A DNA stretch of 64,000 bases from Candidatus Freyarchaeum deiterrae (GTDB lineage Archaea; Asgardarchaeota; Jordiarchaeia; Jordiarchaeales; Jordiarchaeaceae). The stretch lies in assembly GCA_037305845.1 (NCBI GenBank), contig CP147778.1, positions 480,001-544,000 of the forward strand. Reading direction: 5' to 3'. Shown piece by piece: positions 50,797 through 60,319 of the stretch (its first letter is position 1; each line of letters begins with the position of its first letter). Below the pieces are notes generated by a model. That model ran no database searches. It was not told the DNA's origin and was given only the letters and a program-made list of their open reading frames with translations. The translations under genes were made by a program, and so were the position numbers.

Positions 50797-51309
50797 ATGG
50801 AAAAGTCGAAGGAAAACCTCTCGAATAAGGCTTTTGAACTAGGTCAAAAGTACGAAAAAGAATATACTGGATGCGCCCAAACCGTAATTGCAGCAATCTT
50901 CGATACTTTGGGCATTTGGAATGAAGATGTGTTTAAAGCTGCGAGCGGCCTGGCTGACGGGTTGGGGTTAACAGGGGATGGGGCTTGCGGGTCTCTTGTA
51001 GGGGCGTCTATGGTGATAAGTTACCTATTCCCTAGGGAAAAGAAGGACTTCAAAGATATGCGCAAACCGATGAAAGCCTACAGCCTGGTCAAGAAGCTAC
51101 ACGACCAGTTCGTGGAAAACTATGGCTCCTGTCGGTGTTACGACGTCCAAAAGAAACTCATGGGTAGAACCTACAATATGTGGGATCAGAAAGAGTTTCA
51201 AGAAGCCGCTTCATCTGGCATGATGGAGCATTGCTCAAAAGTTGTAGGAAACGCAGCTAGACTCGCAACAAAAATCATCCTAGAAGCGAAAGAGAAAGAA
51301 AAAAAATAG
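50797..51309 (+). CDS. C-GCAxxG-C-C family putative redox protein
   Basis: GCAQ, GACGSLVG, SCRC, HC. Confidence 0.85.
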   Translation: MEKSKENLSNKAFELGQKYEKEYTGCAQTVIAAIFDTLGIWNEDVFKAASGLADGLGLTGDGACGSLVGASMVISYLFPREKKDFKDMRKPMKAYSLVKKLHDQFVENYGSCRCYDVQKKLMGRTYNMWDQKEFQEAASSGMMEHCSKVVGNAARLATKIILEAKEKEKK

Positions 51310-51372
51310 TCCAAGCATCAGATAAAACAACTATTAGTGGTGGTAGTGACAAGGAATAATGCTGCCTAATTG

Positions 51373-51930
51373 TTAATAGTAAACTTTGTTCATTTTAATT
51401 TTTTTAGAGTTAATGAAATTGATTCCTTCCATTTCTAGGAGCTTTTTCTTCATCATTACTCCTCCTCGGTAACCCCCGAGCTCACCATTTTCTCTTACGG
51501 CTCTATGGCATGGAATTATAACAGGAAATGGATTTGTAGCTAAAGCTCTCCCAACAGCTCTAGCCACTTGAGGGTTACCTATGTGCTTAGCTATCCTGCC
51601 ATATGTAGAGACCCAGCCACGGGGTATTCCGTATTCTGCAATGAGAACCTTTCTTTGAAACTCTGAACATAAATCTAAATCAATAATACCTAGGTTGAAT
51701 TGCTTGTCTTCGCCTTTAAAAAATTCTGCGATATCATTAGCTAATTTCTCGATTTCGTTATTAGCGGAGTATTTCGCTTTTGGATACTTGTTATCAAAAG
51801 TCTCTTTATTGGCGGGAAGCAAGATATGTTTCACTTTGATTTTGGGCATTTCCTGCCAGACAACGGTAATTTCTCCAAAGACAGTATTTCTGATTAAATA
51901 ATGGAGGTTTTCTGATTTCTTGTTTTTCAT
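51373..51930 (-). CDS. ogt: methylated-DNA--protein-cysteine methyltransferase
   Basis: FQRKV, TYG, ARAVG, NP...IIPCHR, LGGY. Confidence 0.92.
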   Translation of the reverse strand: MKNKKSENLHYLIRNTVFGEITVVWQEMPKIKVKHILLPANKETFDNKYPKAKYSANNEIEKLANDIAEFFKGEDKQFNLGIIDLDLCSEFQRKVLIAEYGIPRGWVSTYGRIAKHIGNPQVARAVGRALATNPFPVIIPCHRAVRENGELGGYRGGVMMKKKLLEMEGINFINSKKIKMNKVYY

Positions 51931-52264
51931 TCTAAATTTGTTCTTTGAATAGCGGTATTAATTTTTTTCGCAGATTCCTGCAATATATTTAACTAAATAA
52001 AGTGAAAGTACAAAAATTATAGGAATATTATTATAAATTAGGGATTTTTTGATGGAATTAAGCGGTGTGCATTAAGAAAGGTTTTTATTCATAGATTCTA
52101 TAAACAAGAAGTAATGGGAATACTGGCCTATGGAGAGCCGTATCCCTATCTACTCAGAGCGATATGAATAAACAACGGATTGTGAAGAGTGAGCTAGAAA
52201 AAATAATGAGGGACTAATAAGAAAAATTATTTATTTTCTCCATAAAAAGGGAGTTGATAAAAAA

Positions 52265-52336
52265 ATGCAGCCAAAGCCAGCAAAAGGCAAACCGAAGAAA
52301 GCAAAAGGAGCACCCGCTACCAAACCTGGTTGTTAA
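52265..52336 (+). CDS. 23-aa Lys/Pro-rich peptide MQPKPAKGKPKKAKGAPATKPGC (not in ORF track)
   Basis: AAGGGAG upstream, GC-richer than flanks, followed by hairpin GGTGGGAG/CTCCCTACC and T-run. Confidence 0.5.
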   Translation: MQPKPAKGKPKKAKGAPATKPGC

Positions 52337-52438
52337 ATTAGTTAAAAAGATTGATGGTATTTGAAAGGTGGGAGTTATCCTCCCTACCCACTTTTTTTAA
52401 TTACTGAATTTTTTATTAAGGTAAAGAGAATTTTGCAG

Positions 52439-53332
52439 CTAGGGATTCTTTTTTAGAAATTTTTGGATGATTTTAACTATTTTTTCTGGAGCATCTTCTT
52501 GAAGAAAATGACTCGCCTCAGGTAACTCGTGAACTTCGGTTCCGGGGTAGATTTTGAGCCACGCATCTATAAACATTCTTGGAAAAACTGGGTCTTGTAG
52601 GCCCCAAATAAGTATCTTGGGTTTATTGCGTAGAAGGTCTAGTTTCTTACGAATGCCCATCATCACAGCTGCACTGGGGTGGTTCATTCCAACAGGGATA
52701 TCGCGTGGAAACGCTTTTGCGCCTATACATGATTCTTTGTCAGGAAATGGGGCTGTGTAAGCCCGAATCATGGTATCGGTAACTTTGGTATTCTTACCAA
52801 CTCCGCCTCCCTTTATTAAGGTGGGAAGTGTTTCTCGGAGATTGTCAAAAAAGCTATCATACCTGCCTTGCTCTTCCAAGTTACTTACCCAAGTAGGAGA
52901 ACCTTCAGGATAAATACCCACGCCAGTATTCATTATTACTAGTCGTTTAACTCTTTCAGTATTGTTTACCGCGAAGCCGAACATTATTGGCCCGCCCCAA
53001 TCTTGTACCACTAGGGTTATGTCTTTTAGATCTAATTCTAGAAGGAGTTTTGTTAGGTTGTCTATGTGTTGGGCTAGCGTGTAGGGTTTGTCTTGTGGTG
53101 CGTCGCTTTTACCGAATCCCATGTGGTCGGGTACGATTACCCGATTTGTTTTGGATAGTGGCGGGACGAATTTACGGTACAGGTAGCCCCACATGGGTTC
53201 TCCGTGTACGCAGACGATGGGTTCTCCTTTTCCCTCATCAACATAGTGCATTCTAAAACCGTTGATCGTTTTGAAATGAGGCTCAAAGGGGAATGTTCCA
53301 TCGAATGTTTCATGTAAAATATCTTCCTTCAA
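52439..53332 (-). CDS. haloalkane dehalogenase family alpha/beta hydrolase
   Basis: MHYVDEG, HGEPMWG, PDHMGFGKSD, QDWGG (Asp nucleophile + Trp), SHFLQED. Confidence 0.85.
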   Translation of the reverse strand: MKEDILHETFDGTFPFEPHFKTINGFRMHYVDEGKGEPIVCVHGEPMWGYLYRKFVPPLSKTNRVIVPDHMGFGKSDAPQDKPYTLAQHIDNLTKLLLELDLKDITLVVQDWGGPIMFGFAVNNTERVKRLVIMNTGVGIYPEGSPTWVSNLEEQGRYDSFFDNLRETLPTLIKGGGVGKNTKVTDTMIRAYTAPFPDKESCIGAKAFPRDIPVGMNHPSAAVMMGIRKKLDLLRNKPKILIWGLQDPVFPRMFIDAWLKIYPGTEVHELPEASHFLQEDAPEKIVKIIQKFLKKNP

Positions 53333-53398
53333 AGTGTATACCTCAAATATTATTTCAGAAAGCCTAATCCGGTAAAGGAATCTGCTCTAATTAAATAT

Positions 53399-54901
53399 TT
53401 AGGATCTGGTCACTATTATTGTGGAAATGGAGTGTGCGGGGAGCTTGTACTCTATTTTGTCTGGTAGTTGTGTGAATTCTTTCTGGCTTATGGTGATTTC
53501 GCTTTTTTGGTAATCGTTTGTTGTGTATATGTCTGGAGCGTTTATTTCTTTTATTAGCAGTTTTTCGTATGATCTCAGTTTAGGTATTTCTATTTCGGTT
53601 ATCATGTCTTTTTTGGGGTGAAAGTTTACTATGAAAACAGTGATTGTTTTGCTGTCCGAGCTCTTGGTTGCGGAGCAATCTATGTAGGGTATATCGGTTC
53701 TTTCTTTTAGGATGCCCAATGGTTCGAAGTCGAATTTTTGTGCGTATACTTCTGCGCTGATGGCGTATTTCTGGGTGTGTTCCCGGTAGAGTTTCAACAC
53801 TTCGTAGGAGGCTGTTTTTAAGACGTCCCCTCCGTTTGTTTGAAGGATTCCTGTGGCGTTTACCAGTTGAGCTATGTTAGCCATCTTTATTATGCTTGCC
53901 ATTTTGTGTATCTTGTTCAGCACGGAGGCTACCCACAACCCGTCTCTCATATTGTAGTTCGTGTGTATAAGCTGGTTGGAGTCCCACCAGAGATTCCACT
54001 CATCGAATGCGATTTTAATCCCATGGTTTTTGCCCATAACGGATTCTATGGTGTTCTTCACCCACTCGAGTATATCCTGAAACTTGAAGGATGAGGCTAT
54101 GATTCGCTTGTAGGTTTTAGGATCCTCCTTTATCTCCGAGCCCCCTTCCTCAGGGAGAGTCCCTGGGAAAAATAGGTGAATAGATAGATAGTTAATATAT
54201 TTGCCAGCTTTTTCAAGAACTGTTTTCGTCCAGTCGGGGAAACGCTGGTCCGAACCCACCGCCACCAGTTCTATTTTGGGGTCAACTTCCTTTACGGCAT
54301 CATGATATTCGATAAACTTTTCAGCATAATCTCCCGCAGACATATGACCGGTCTCCCAAGGTCCGTACAGCTCGTTTCCTACTCCCCAGTACTTGACTTT
54401 GTGGGGATTTGGGTTTCCATATTTTGTCCTTAGGGAGCCGAATTCACTGGATTCATCACCGTTACAGTATTCTACCCAGTTCGCCGCCTCCTCTGGAGTT
54501 CCCGAACCCACGTTCAGGTTAATGTAGGGCTCTGCCCCCACTCTCCTACAGAACATTATGAATTCATCTGTGCCGAACCGGTTACTCTCTTTTGGCCCAA
54601 ACTCCGGTCCCAGTTGACTCCAGGGTATGTTATCTCTCAACGGTCTCTCTTTAACTGGTCCAATTCCGTCCATCCAGTGATAATTATCAGAGAAGCGCCC
54701 TCCAGGCCATCGTATCACCGGTGGCTGCAAATCTCTAATGCTCTTTATTACCTCCTCGTTGAGAGCATCCTTTTCACTGTCCCAAATTCCCCCGTAGATG
54801 CATTTACCCAAGTGTTCTATGAAATGACCGTAAATACGCGGGTCGATTTCGCCCCAAACCTTTACTGGAAAAATTGAAACCGAAGCCTTATACAAATCCA
54901 A
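53399..54901 (-). CDS. alpha-L-arabinofuranosidase (GH51)
   Basis: YGHFIEHLG, RWPGG, FGTDEF, WGVGNE, FDEWN, AQLVN. Confidence 0.92.
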   Translation of the reverse strand: MDLYKASVSIFPVKVWGEIDPRIYGHFIEHLGKCIYGGIWDSEKDALNEEVIKSIRDLQPPVIRWPGGRFSDNYHWMDGIGPVKERPLRDNIPWSQLGPEFGPKESNRFGTDEFIMFCRRVGAEPYINLNVGSGTPEEAANWVEYCNGDESSEFGSLRTKYGNPNPHKVKYWGVGNELYGPWETGHMSAGDYAEKFIEYHDAVKEVDPKIELVAVGSDQRFPDWTKTVLEKAGKYINYLSIHLFFPGTLPEEGGSEIKEDPKTYKRIIASSFKFQDILEWVKNTIESVMGKNHGIKIAFDEWNLWWDSNQLIHTNYNMRDGLWVASVLNKIHKMASIIKMANIAQLVNATGILQTNGGDVLKTASYEVLKLYREHTQKYAISAEVYAQKFDFEPLGILKERTDIPYIDCSATKSSDSKTITVFIVNFHPKKDMITEIEIPKLRSYEKLLIKEINAPDIYTTNDYQKSEITISQKEFTQLPDKIEYKLPAHSISTIIVTRS

Positions 54902-54920
54902 GCCTCCAACAAAAACACCC

Positions 54921-54969
54921 GAGTGTAAAAAACACTATTTTCGACTCATTATAAAAGCATTACCTACAA
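54921..54969. repeat. ~48-bp imperfect direct repeat, copy 1 (promoter region of GH51 gene)
   Basis: GAGTGTAAAAAACACTATTTTCGACTCATTATAAAAGCATTACCTACAA; minus strand contains TTTTATAA. Confidence 0.85.
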
Positions 54970-55140
54970 TCCAGTAAACTCCCCAAAAGAATATCAAGAA
55001 ACAAGCCTCAAACGGCGAGATGAAATTAAAAAAAGGGTCTTATAAAGAATCGGAAACCTTGGGGGACGCTTTGAATCGGAGCCATTTACCGCAACTGTAA
55101 AATTTAAATAAGTGATATCTAGATAAGTACGTTAAAGGGT

Positions 55141-55208
55141 TTTAATGATGAAGGGAACAGGAGATTCGACTACTCTTACTAAACGGGTGTTTATCGCGTT
55201 CTGATTAA
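55141..55208 (+). ncRNA. candidate box C/D sRNA
   Basis: ATGATGA 55145-55151 and CTGA 55201-55204, TTAA flanks, TTTAAATA about 30 nt upstream; internal boxes weak. Confidence 0.4.
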
Positions 55209-55294
55209 CAGAAGGTATATCAAGGATGTTAAAGCAACGCGATGAGTCTTCGTTACTAAAATCTAAGAAGAACCAAAAGGGGTTGGAGTAGAGT

Positions 55295-56527
55295 ATGGAG
55301 AAAGGTTACAGTCTTATTCGCATAATGGTTTTAGCAGCCTTTTCTGCTGGTCTGGTTATCTACCTCTTGGGTTTAGTTGTAGGATTCCTTCAGGCTTTTA
55401 CCGTTTATATGTTCTACTCGTTTACTTCAAACAGTTACACTTTAATTCCTGTTTTCCAGTTTGAGGTTTATCCGACGTTCGTCTCAATAATCTCTCCTCT
55501 TCCTCTATCTTTTGAGAGACTGTCACCCTTAACTCTAATGTTTCTTGCTTTCGCTGTTTTGAGTGTTGTTTCCACCTACCTGAAGAAGTTTAGAATCGCC
55601 TTGTTATCATCGATCTTAACTTTTATACCTGCTGTTATGCAATTCACAGTTTTAACGACCCTAGTGGGAAGTGAGCCCACCGGACTTTCAGTTATGTTTC
55701 TACTAGCTTCCCCTATTTTCAATCCTATCACCTTGCTTATGGTGTTCTCCTCGAAAAACCTAGTCCTAATTATTCTACCAGCCTTCATCTTCGGAACTGG
55801 AATAATTGCCCTATTTGCCATATTTATGAAAGAGAAAGTAGTTCTGGTCGCAGCAACCCCTGTAAGAGGAGAGAACTTCAATGCTCTCAGATCAATCTTA
55901 ACCCAGCGAGCGATTGTATTTATTCCTTTTTTGGTATTAGGATATTTAGGTTTCCTACCGGGTTCAATGTTGCTTCTAACCGAGTTTCCACACTACCCTC
56001 TTTTAGCCTACTCCAGCTCCATAAGTAACTCCAATTTCTTCTTTGAATTCTTTATGGTTTACTCTGTTATGTATTATCTCACATATTTCCTGACGATTGG
56101 AATCTACAACCGTGCGATAAACCGCTTGGTTGAGGCTTGCATCCCCCTTCTGGCTAAAAAGCTGGATAAACAGAAACCAGTAATTTCTCTTTGGGAAGTT
56201 AAGGAAAAGCTTGGGCTTAAGTCCGCAAATAAAAGATTCTTTAAAACGGTGCTCAAGAGTGCCGCCCCAAAAGGTGACAAAGAGGGTTCGGTATACTTTG
56301 GATTGGCGGGAGACTATCTGTACCTTAAGGATCAATTATCTCTTATAGTGAGAGAGAGAATTAAGAACCAGGGAAAGGCGGATATTTATGAAATCGCCTC
56401 AGAAATCCAAGTAGACCCGAAGCTGCTTAGGACTATTTACTATAGGCTCAGAAGGGAAATGCTCTTTGAAGACTTAATGATCTCGAGAAATATTGTAACA
56501 CCTTTAAGGAGTGAAGAATACCCCTAA
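55295..56527 (+). CDS. multi-pass membrane protein with basic C-terminal (winged-helix-like) domain
   Basis: about 7 TM segments then soluble ~140 aa incl. ADIYEIASEIQVDPKLLRTIY. Confidence 0.65.
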   Translation: MEKGYSLIRIMVLAAFSAGLVIYLLGLVVGFLQAFTVYMFYSFTSNSYTLIPVFQFEVYPTFVSIISPLPLSFERLSPLTLMFLAFAVLSVVSTYLKKFRIALLSSILTFIPAVMQFTVLTTLVGSEPTGLSVMFLLASPIFNPITLLMVFSSKNLVLIILPAFIFGTGIIALFAIFMKEKVVLVAATPVRGENFNALRSILTQRAIVFIPFLVLGYLGFLPGSMLLLTEFPHYPLLAYSSSISNSNFFFEFFMVYSVMYYLTYFLTIGIYNRAINRLVEACIPLLAKKLDKQKPVISLWEVKEKLGLKSANKRFFKTVLKSAAPKGDKEGSVYFGLAGDYLYLKDQLSLIVRERIKNQGKADIYEIASEIQVDPKLLRTIYYRLRREMLFEDLMISRNIVTPLRSEEYP

Positions 56528-56546
56528 ATTTTTATGGCTTCTCCAT

Positions 56547-56593
56547 GGGTGCAAAAACACTATTTTGACTCACTATAAAGGCATTACCCACAA
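56547..56593. repeat. ~48-bp imperfect direct repeat, copy 2
   Basis: GGGTGCAAAAACACTATTTTGACTCACTATAAAGGCATTACCCACAA. Confidence 0.85.
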
Positions 56594-56912
56594 GACGACA
56601 ATCTTTCAAGGAGGATAGAATCTAGATGGAATATTAGGGTACTTGGGTGAGACCCACTCGAGCTTAACGATATTCAGTGATGTAAGAAGGGATTTTAGTG
56701 GGAGCTGGATAGGGGACTAGTAAAAAAACCAAAAAAAGGATGATTGTTTGATTGATTACTTCTAGGGAATTAGTTCTTTGTAGAAATAAAGAGGATGGTT
56801 GAATCAAAGTTTATTTCTAGATGGTTTTTATGCAGTCGTAATTTTCTTCTGGGGATTTATGGTGGTGAACAGTCTAAGAGAAAGTAAATCTGGTAGGTTG
56901 AGTTTGAGATCT

Positions 56913-58634
56913 CTAGGATGCTTCGCCTTTTTCCTTTTGTTTCTTTATTTCCTCTTCCCGTAACTTTCTCTTGAATATCTTCTCGGTAGCGGTTAGTGGT
57001 AAGTCGTCCCTGAACTCAATGAACTTGGGTATAGCGTAGGGTGGAAGGTGTTGCTTACAGTAGTTTATGATTTCCTCTTCCAATTGTTTGCTGGGCTCGT
57101 ATCCATCTTTGAGCTTGATGAATGCTTTTATTCTTTCGCTGCCTGGGCGCTTAGGGTCAGGAATTCCTATTGCTGCTGCTCTGGAAACTGCTGGATGCTC
57201 GTATATAACGTCGTCGACTACGCGTCCGTACACTTTGTAGCCTGAAATGTTTATCATGTCTTTGATACGGTCGACTACGTAGAAGTAGCCGTCTTCGTCC
57301 ATCTTGCAGATGTCCCCGGTGTATATCCATCCTTCCTTTAAACCATTGCCGGGAGTGGGCCAGTATCCTTTCATAACTTGTGGTCCACGGATGATCATTT
57401 CTCCTGGTTCTCCAACTGGCAGATCTTGGGTTCCGGTTTCAAGGTCGACGATTCTCACATCTGTTTCGGGTACGGGTATACCTATGGATCCGATCTTAAG
57501 TGGCAGGTCAATACTAACGCCGACTCCCTTAAGTATAGTCACAAAATTTGAGTGAGTGACCGGACTTGTCTCGGATAACCCGTAACCCTCACTCACGAGT
57601 ATATCCGCCTTCTTTTCATAGGTTTTGGAGACCTCAGGAGGGAGAGCCGCTGAGCCGCTGAAGGGAATAGACCCCATTAGTTCTTTCAGGTCAACACCCT
57701 TAGCCTCTGCCAACCGCATGAATTGAGTGGGGACCGCTGGTGCAAATAGTGGTTTATATTTTTTCAAGAGTTCGTAAATCAGCGCATCATTCCTAGGGTC
57801 TGGAACTAAAAGCAAAGTCCCCGCCCAGTTTAGGGCTAAGTTCATGGAGCAAGTCAATCCATAGATGTGGGAAAACGGGATGGCTCCAAGTACAGAGAAT
57901 TCGCCACTGTAGACATCCAGTATTATGCCTGCGGTTGGACCGAAGGTCTGTAAAACGTTTGTCGACAAGTTGTGGTGGGTGAGCATTACCCCCTTGGGTA
58001 GGCCCGTCGTGCCGCCCGTAAAGATTAAAACTGCTACATCCTCCATTGGTTCGATTTCAACTTTGGGAGGATTTGGTTCGGCTGAACTTATCAAATTCCT
58101 TAGTTGCAGGGTGCCTTCTATCTCATTAATTTCTGGTTCTTCTTCGGCCGAATAGTCATTGACGGATGTACATATTACCTGCTCAAGCTTTGTTTCTCCC
58201 TTTATTGAGGCTATATCTTTTAACTTCTCGTCCAGCGTGATTATCGCTTTCGCCCCAGACATTTTAAGCAGGTAAGTAAGATCGGCAAGCGGTAGCAAGG
58301 GGTTGAACAATCCGACGGTTGCTCCCGCTTTTAGGCTGCCGTAAACGCTGATGATGAACTGGGGTGAGTTCCAACATTGCACGCCTATGACGTCGCCTTT
58401 ATTAACCCCCAACTCAGAGAGAGCCGATGCAAGTTTATCCACATGGGATTTGAGCTCGGTATAAGTGTATTCTCTCCCCAAGTATATAGCCGCCTTGCTA
58501 TTTGGAAATTTTCTTGCAGACCTATCTATTATCTCAAACAAAGGAATTTCTGGGTACTCAAAAGTACTCTCAAGTCCTAATTGAGTGTATATCTTCATCC
58601 AAGGTTTGTCGGCATATGTGATATTCTCAGTCAT
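56913..58634 (-). CDS. long-chain fatty acid--CoA ligase
   Basis: FTGGTTGLPKG, EGYGLSE, YTGD, DRIKD. Confidence 0.92.
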   Translation of the reverse strand: MTENITYADKPWMKIYTQLGLESTFEYPEIPLFEIIDRSARKFPNSKAAIYLGREYTYTELKSHVDKLASALSELGVNKGDVIGVQCWNSPQFIISVYGSLKAGATVGLFNPLLPLADLTYLLKMSGAKAIITLDEKLKDIASIKGETKLEQVICTSVNDYSAEEEPEINEIEGTLQLRNLISSAEPNPPKVEIEPMEDVAVLIFTGGTTGLPKGVMLTHHNLSTNVLQTFGPTAGIILDVYSGEFSVLGAIPFSHIYGLTCSMNLALNWAGTLLLVPDPRNDALIYELLKKYKPLFAPAVPTQFMRLAEAKGVDLKELMGSIPFSGSAALPPEVSKTYEKKADILVSEGYGLSETSPVTHSNFVTILKGVGVSIDLPLKIGSIGIPVPETDVRIVDLETGTQDLPVGEPGEMIIRGPQVMKGYWPTPGNGLKEGWIYTGDICKMDEDGYFYVVDRIKDMINISGYKVYGRVVDDVIYEHPAVSRAAAIGIPDPKRPGSERIKAFIKLKDGYEPSKQLEEEIINYCKQHLPPYAIPKFIEFRDDLPLTATEKIFKRKLREEEIKKQKEKGEAS

Positions 58635-58744
58635 CTTTTACTTGCCTCCAATTGTTCATTAAACTTTAAAACCTCCATTTTTGAAGTACAGCTATCTCCT
58701 CCCTTAGTTCTCCAACCCCTATCTCATCTCAACAATAACAAAAG

Positions 58745-58815
58745 GTATTTTTAACATCAATTCCTCATTTAACTTCAAACATTTTTTCTTCTTTACTCTT
58801 CGACTCTCCCTCACA
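58745..58815 (-). pseudogene. decayed 5' fragment of an SCP2-type gene
   Basis: minus strand GAAGAGTAAAGAAGAAAAAATGTTTGAAGTTAAATGAGGAATTGATGTTAAAAATACC aligns by eye to GAAGAGCATGACAGAACAAATGTTGAAGATGTCGGATGACGATTTGATGAAAAATTTGCC at 63530. Confidence 0.5.
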
Positions 58816-58840
58816 AAATTTACTCTATCTTAAATACCAC

Positions 58841-59102
58841 GCCTCCTCGATTTTGAGGGAAACTCTCCGACTCCTAATTTTCAAATTCCTAGGTCAGTGA
58901 ATGTTTTTTCGGCTTTGATAACATTCGACAGCGCTGTGATTTATGATTGGTTCTTTCCTTTAGCTACTAGTTTTCTTTTGCTCCTCTCTTTTTCTCTTCT
59001 CCGGGGTTCTCCAACTAATTGAGGAGATAAAGCCCACACATATTTTTTTAATACCGTATTTTTACGGCATAGATACCATATTTTTTTGGTATAATATATA
59101 AA
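58841..59102 (-). promoter_or_regulatory. conserved promoter/operator/leader element, copy A
   Basis: TTTATATA, two 20-bp palindromes (59051-59070, 59073-59092), block 1 58983-59050, block 2 58841-58891. Confidence 0.85.
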
Positions 59103-59380
59103 TTTTACTCCCACCATGGCATGGGTAACGGAGATTTGTTCAGATTCTCTTTTTCAGGAGAATTGTTTTTGATATTCTTTTTCAATTTCAAGCATTTTTG
59201 CAACTCGAACTACTCTCGCTGCTCGTGTTCCAAGGCTGACATTTTTAATATTTTATTTCGTCGAATGATGTAATAAAGCATCTTTCTCCATATCTATAAC
59301 AGGAACAATCTGCATCATTCAAAGGTGGGCAGGAGATAAAGAACAAATAATTAAAAAAAGCATAATAGTTCGTAGAAAAA

Positions 59381-60070
59381 TTACTTGTTAGTGAGCTTAA
59401 AATTTGTGATGTCCATATAGGTGTAACCATTTCTGGGAACTTTTTGGGTTTCAAGTATTTTGATTCTTTTCTTGAATATTGGGCCGTCGTAAACGAATGT
59501 GTGATACTCGCCCAGCTCGCCTAGGATGTCAACCTCATGGTCTTTCTTAACTTCGAGCAGTTCATTAAGAAAGTCTTGGTCCAGTTTGCGCCCCAGCCAC
59601 TCGTCTCCCAAGAATTCCTTTTTAACCATAATAACGATTGCTTTGAAGCCCAAGCTGATAAGCTCTCTGAAAACATTCTCGGGATCATCGCCGAAAAGAG
59701 GTGATAGTGCTTTTATTCCCAGCTCTTTGCATACCCGCTCATTCCATTCTCGGTGTTCTGTAATTTCTTCCACATCCCCGAAGATACATCCTTCTATTCC
59801 TTTGGGCTTCAGCGCGTTAACCTGTTCCTTGAATCCCTGCTCGTAAGTCTCCCAAGTAACCTCCTTCATGACTATTGGAATTTCTAAGGCTTCGGATTGA
59901 GTCTTCAAAAGTTTAACGTTGAGTGCGTGCGCCATGGACCTGCCGCTGCTTGACACAAAACTCATCAGATAGGGAACCTTAACACCCTGATGGAGAGCCC
60001 TGTAAAGAGAAAGCGTGCTATCCTTGCCGCCACTCCAAGAAATAACAAATTTGGACAAAATAATCACCAA
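59381..60070 (-). CDS. diphthine--ammonia ligase (Dph6/ATP_bind_4) family PP-loop ATPase
   Basis: SWSGGKDS, FGD, LGR, GELGEYHTFVYDGPIF. Confidence 0.85.
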   Translation of the reverse strand: MVIILSKFVISWSGGKDSTLSLYRALHQGVKVPYLMSFVSSSGRSMAHALNVKLLKTQSEALEIPIVMKEVTWETYEQGFKEQVNALKPKGIEGCIFGDVEEITEHREWNERVCKELGIKALSPLFGDDPENVFRELISLGFKAIVIMVKKEFLGDEWLGRKLDQDFLNELLEVKKDHEVDILGELGEYHTFVYDGPIFKKRIKILETQKVPRNGYTYMDITNFKLTNK

Positions 60071-60319
60071 CCAAAAACAATCAGAACACAGAGCACTTCT
60101 AACAGTTATAAAAACTTTGCCTTCAGATTGGTTAAATCATAATTAGCTTGTTAATCATGGAATTCTCGCTACAACGTATAGAATTTAATGGGAGAATCTG
60201 ATAAAATTGTAATAAGGAGCATAACATGAGTACACCTTATGGATGTTTAAACAGAAAGATTCAATATCATTTTTTGGGTGTAACCTGCATAATAACGAGT
60301 TTGAGGATTAATTATTCTG

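Noticed and set aside
50797-51309. Possible selenoprotein (family has Sec members)
   Set aside because: all motif positions are Cys codons; no in-frame TGA
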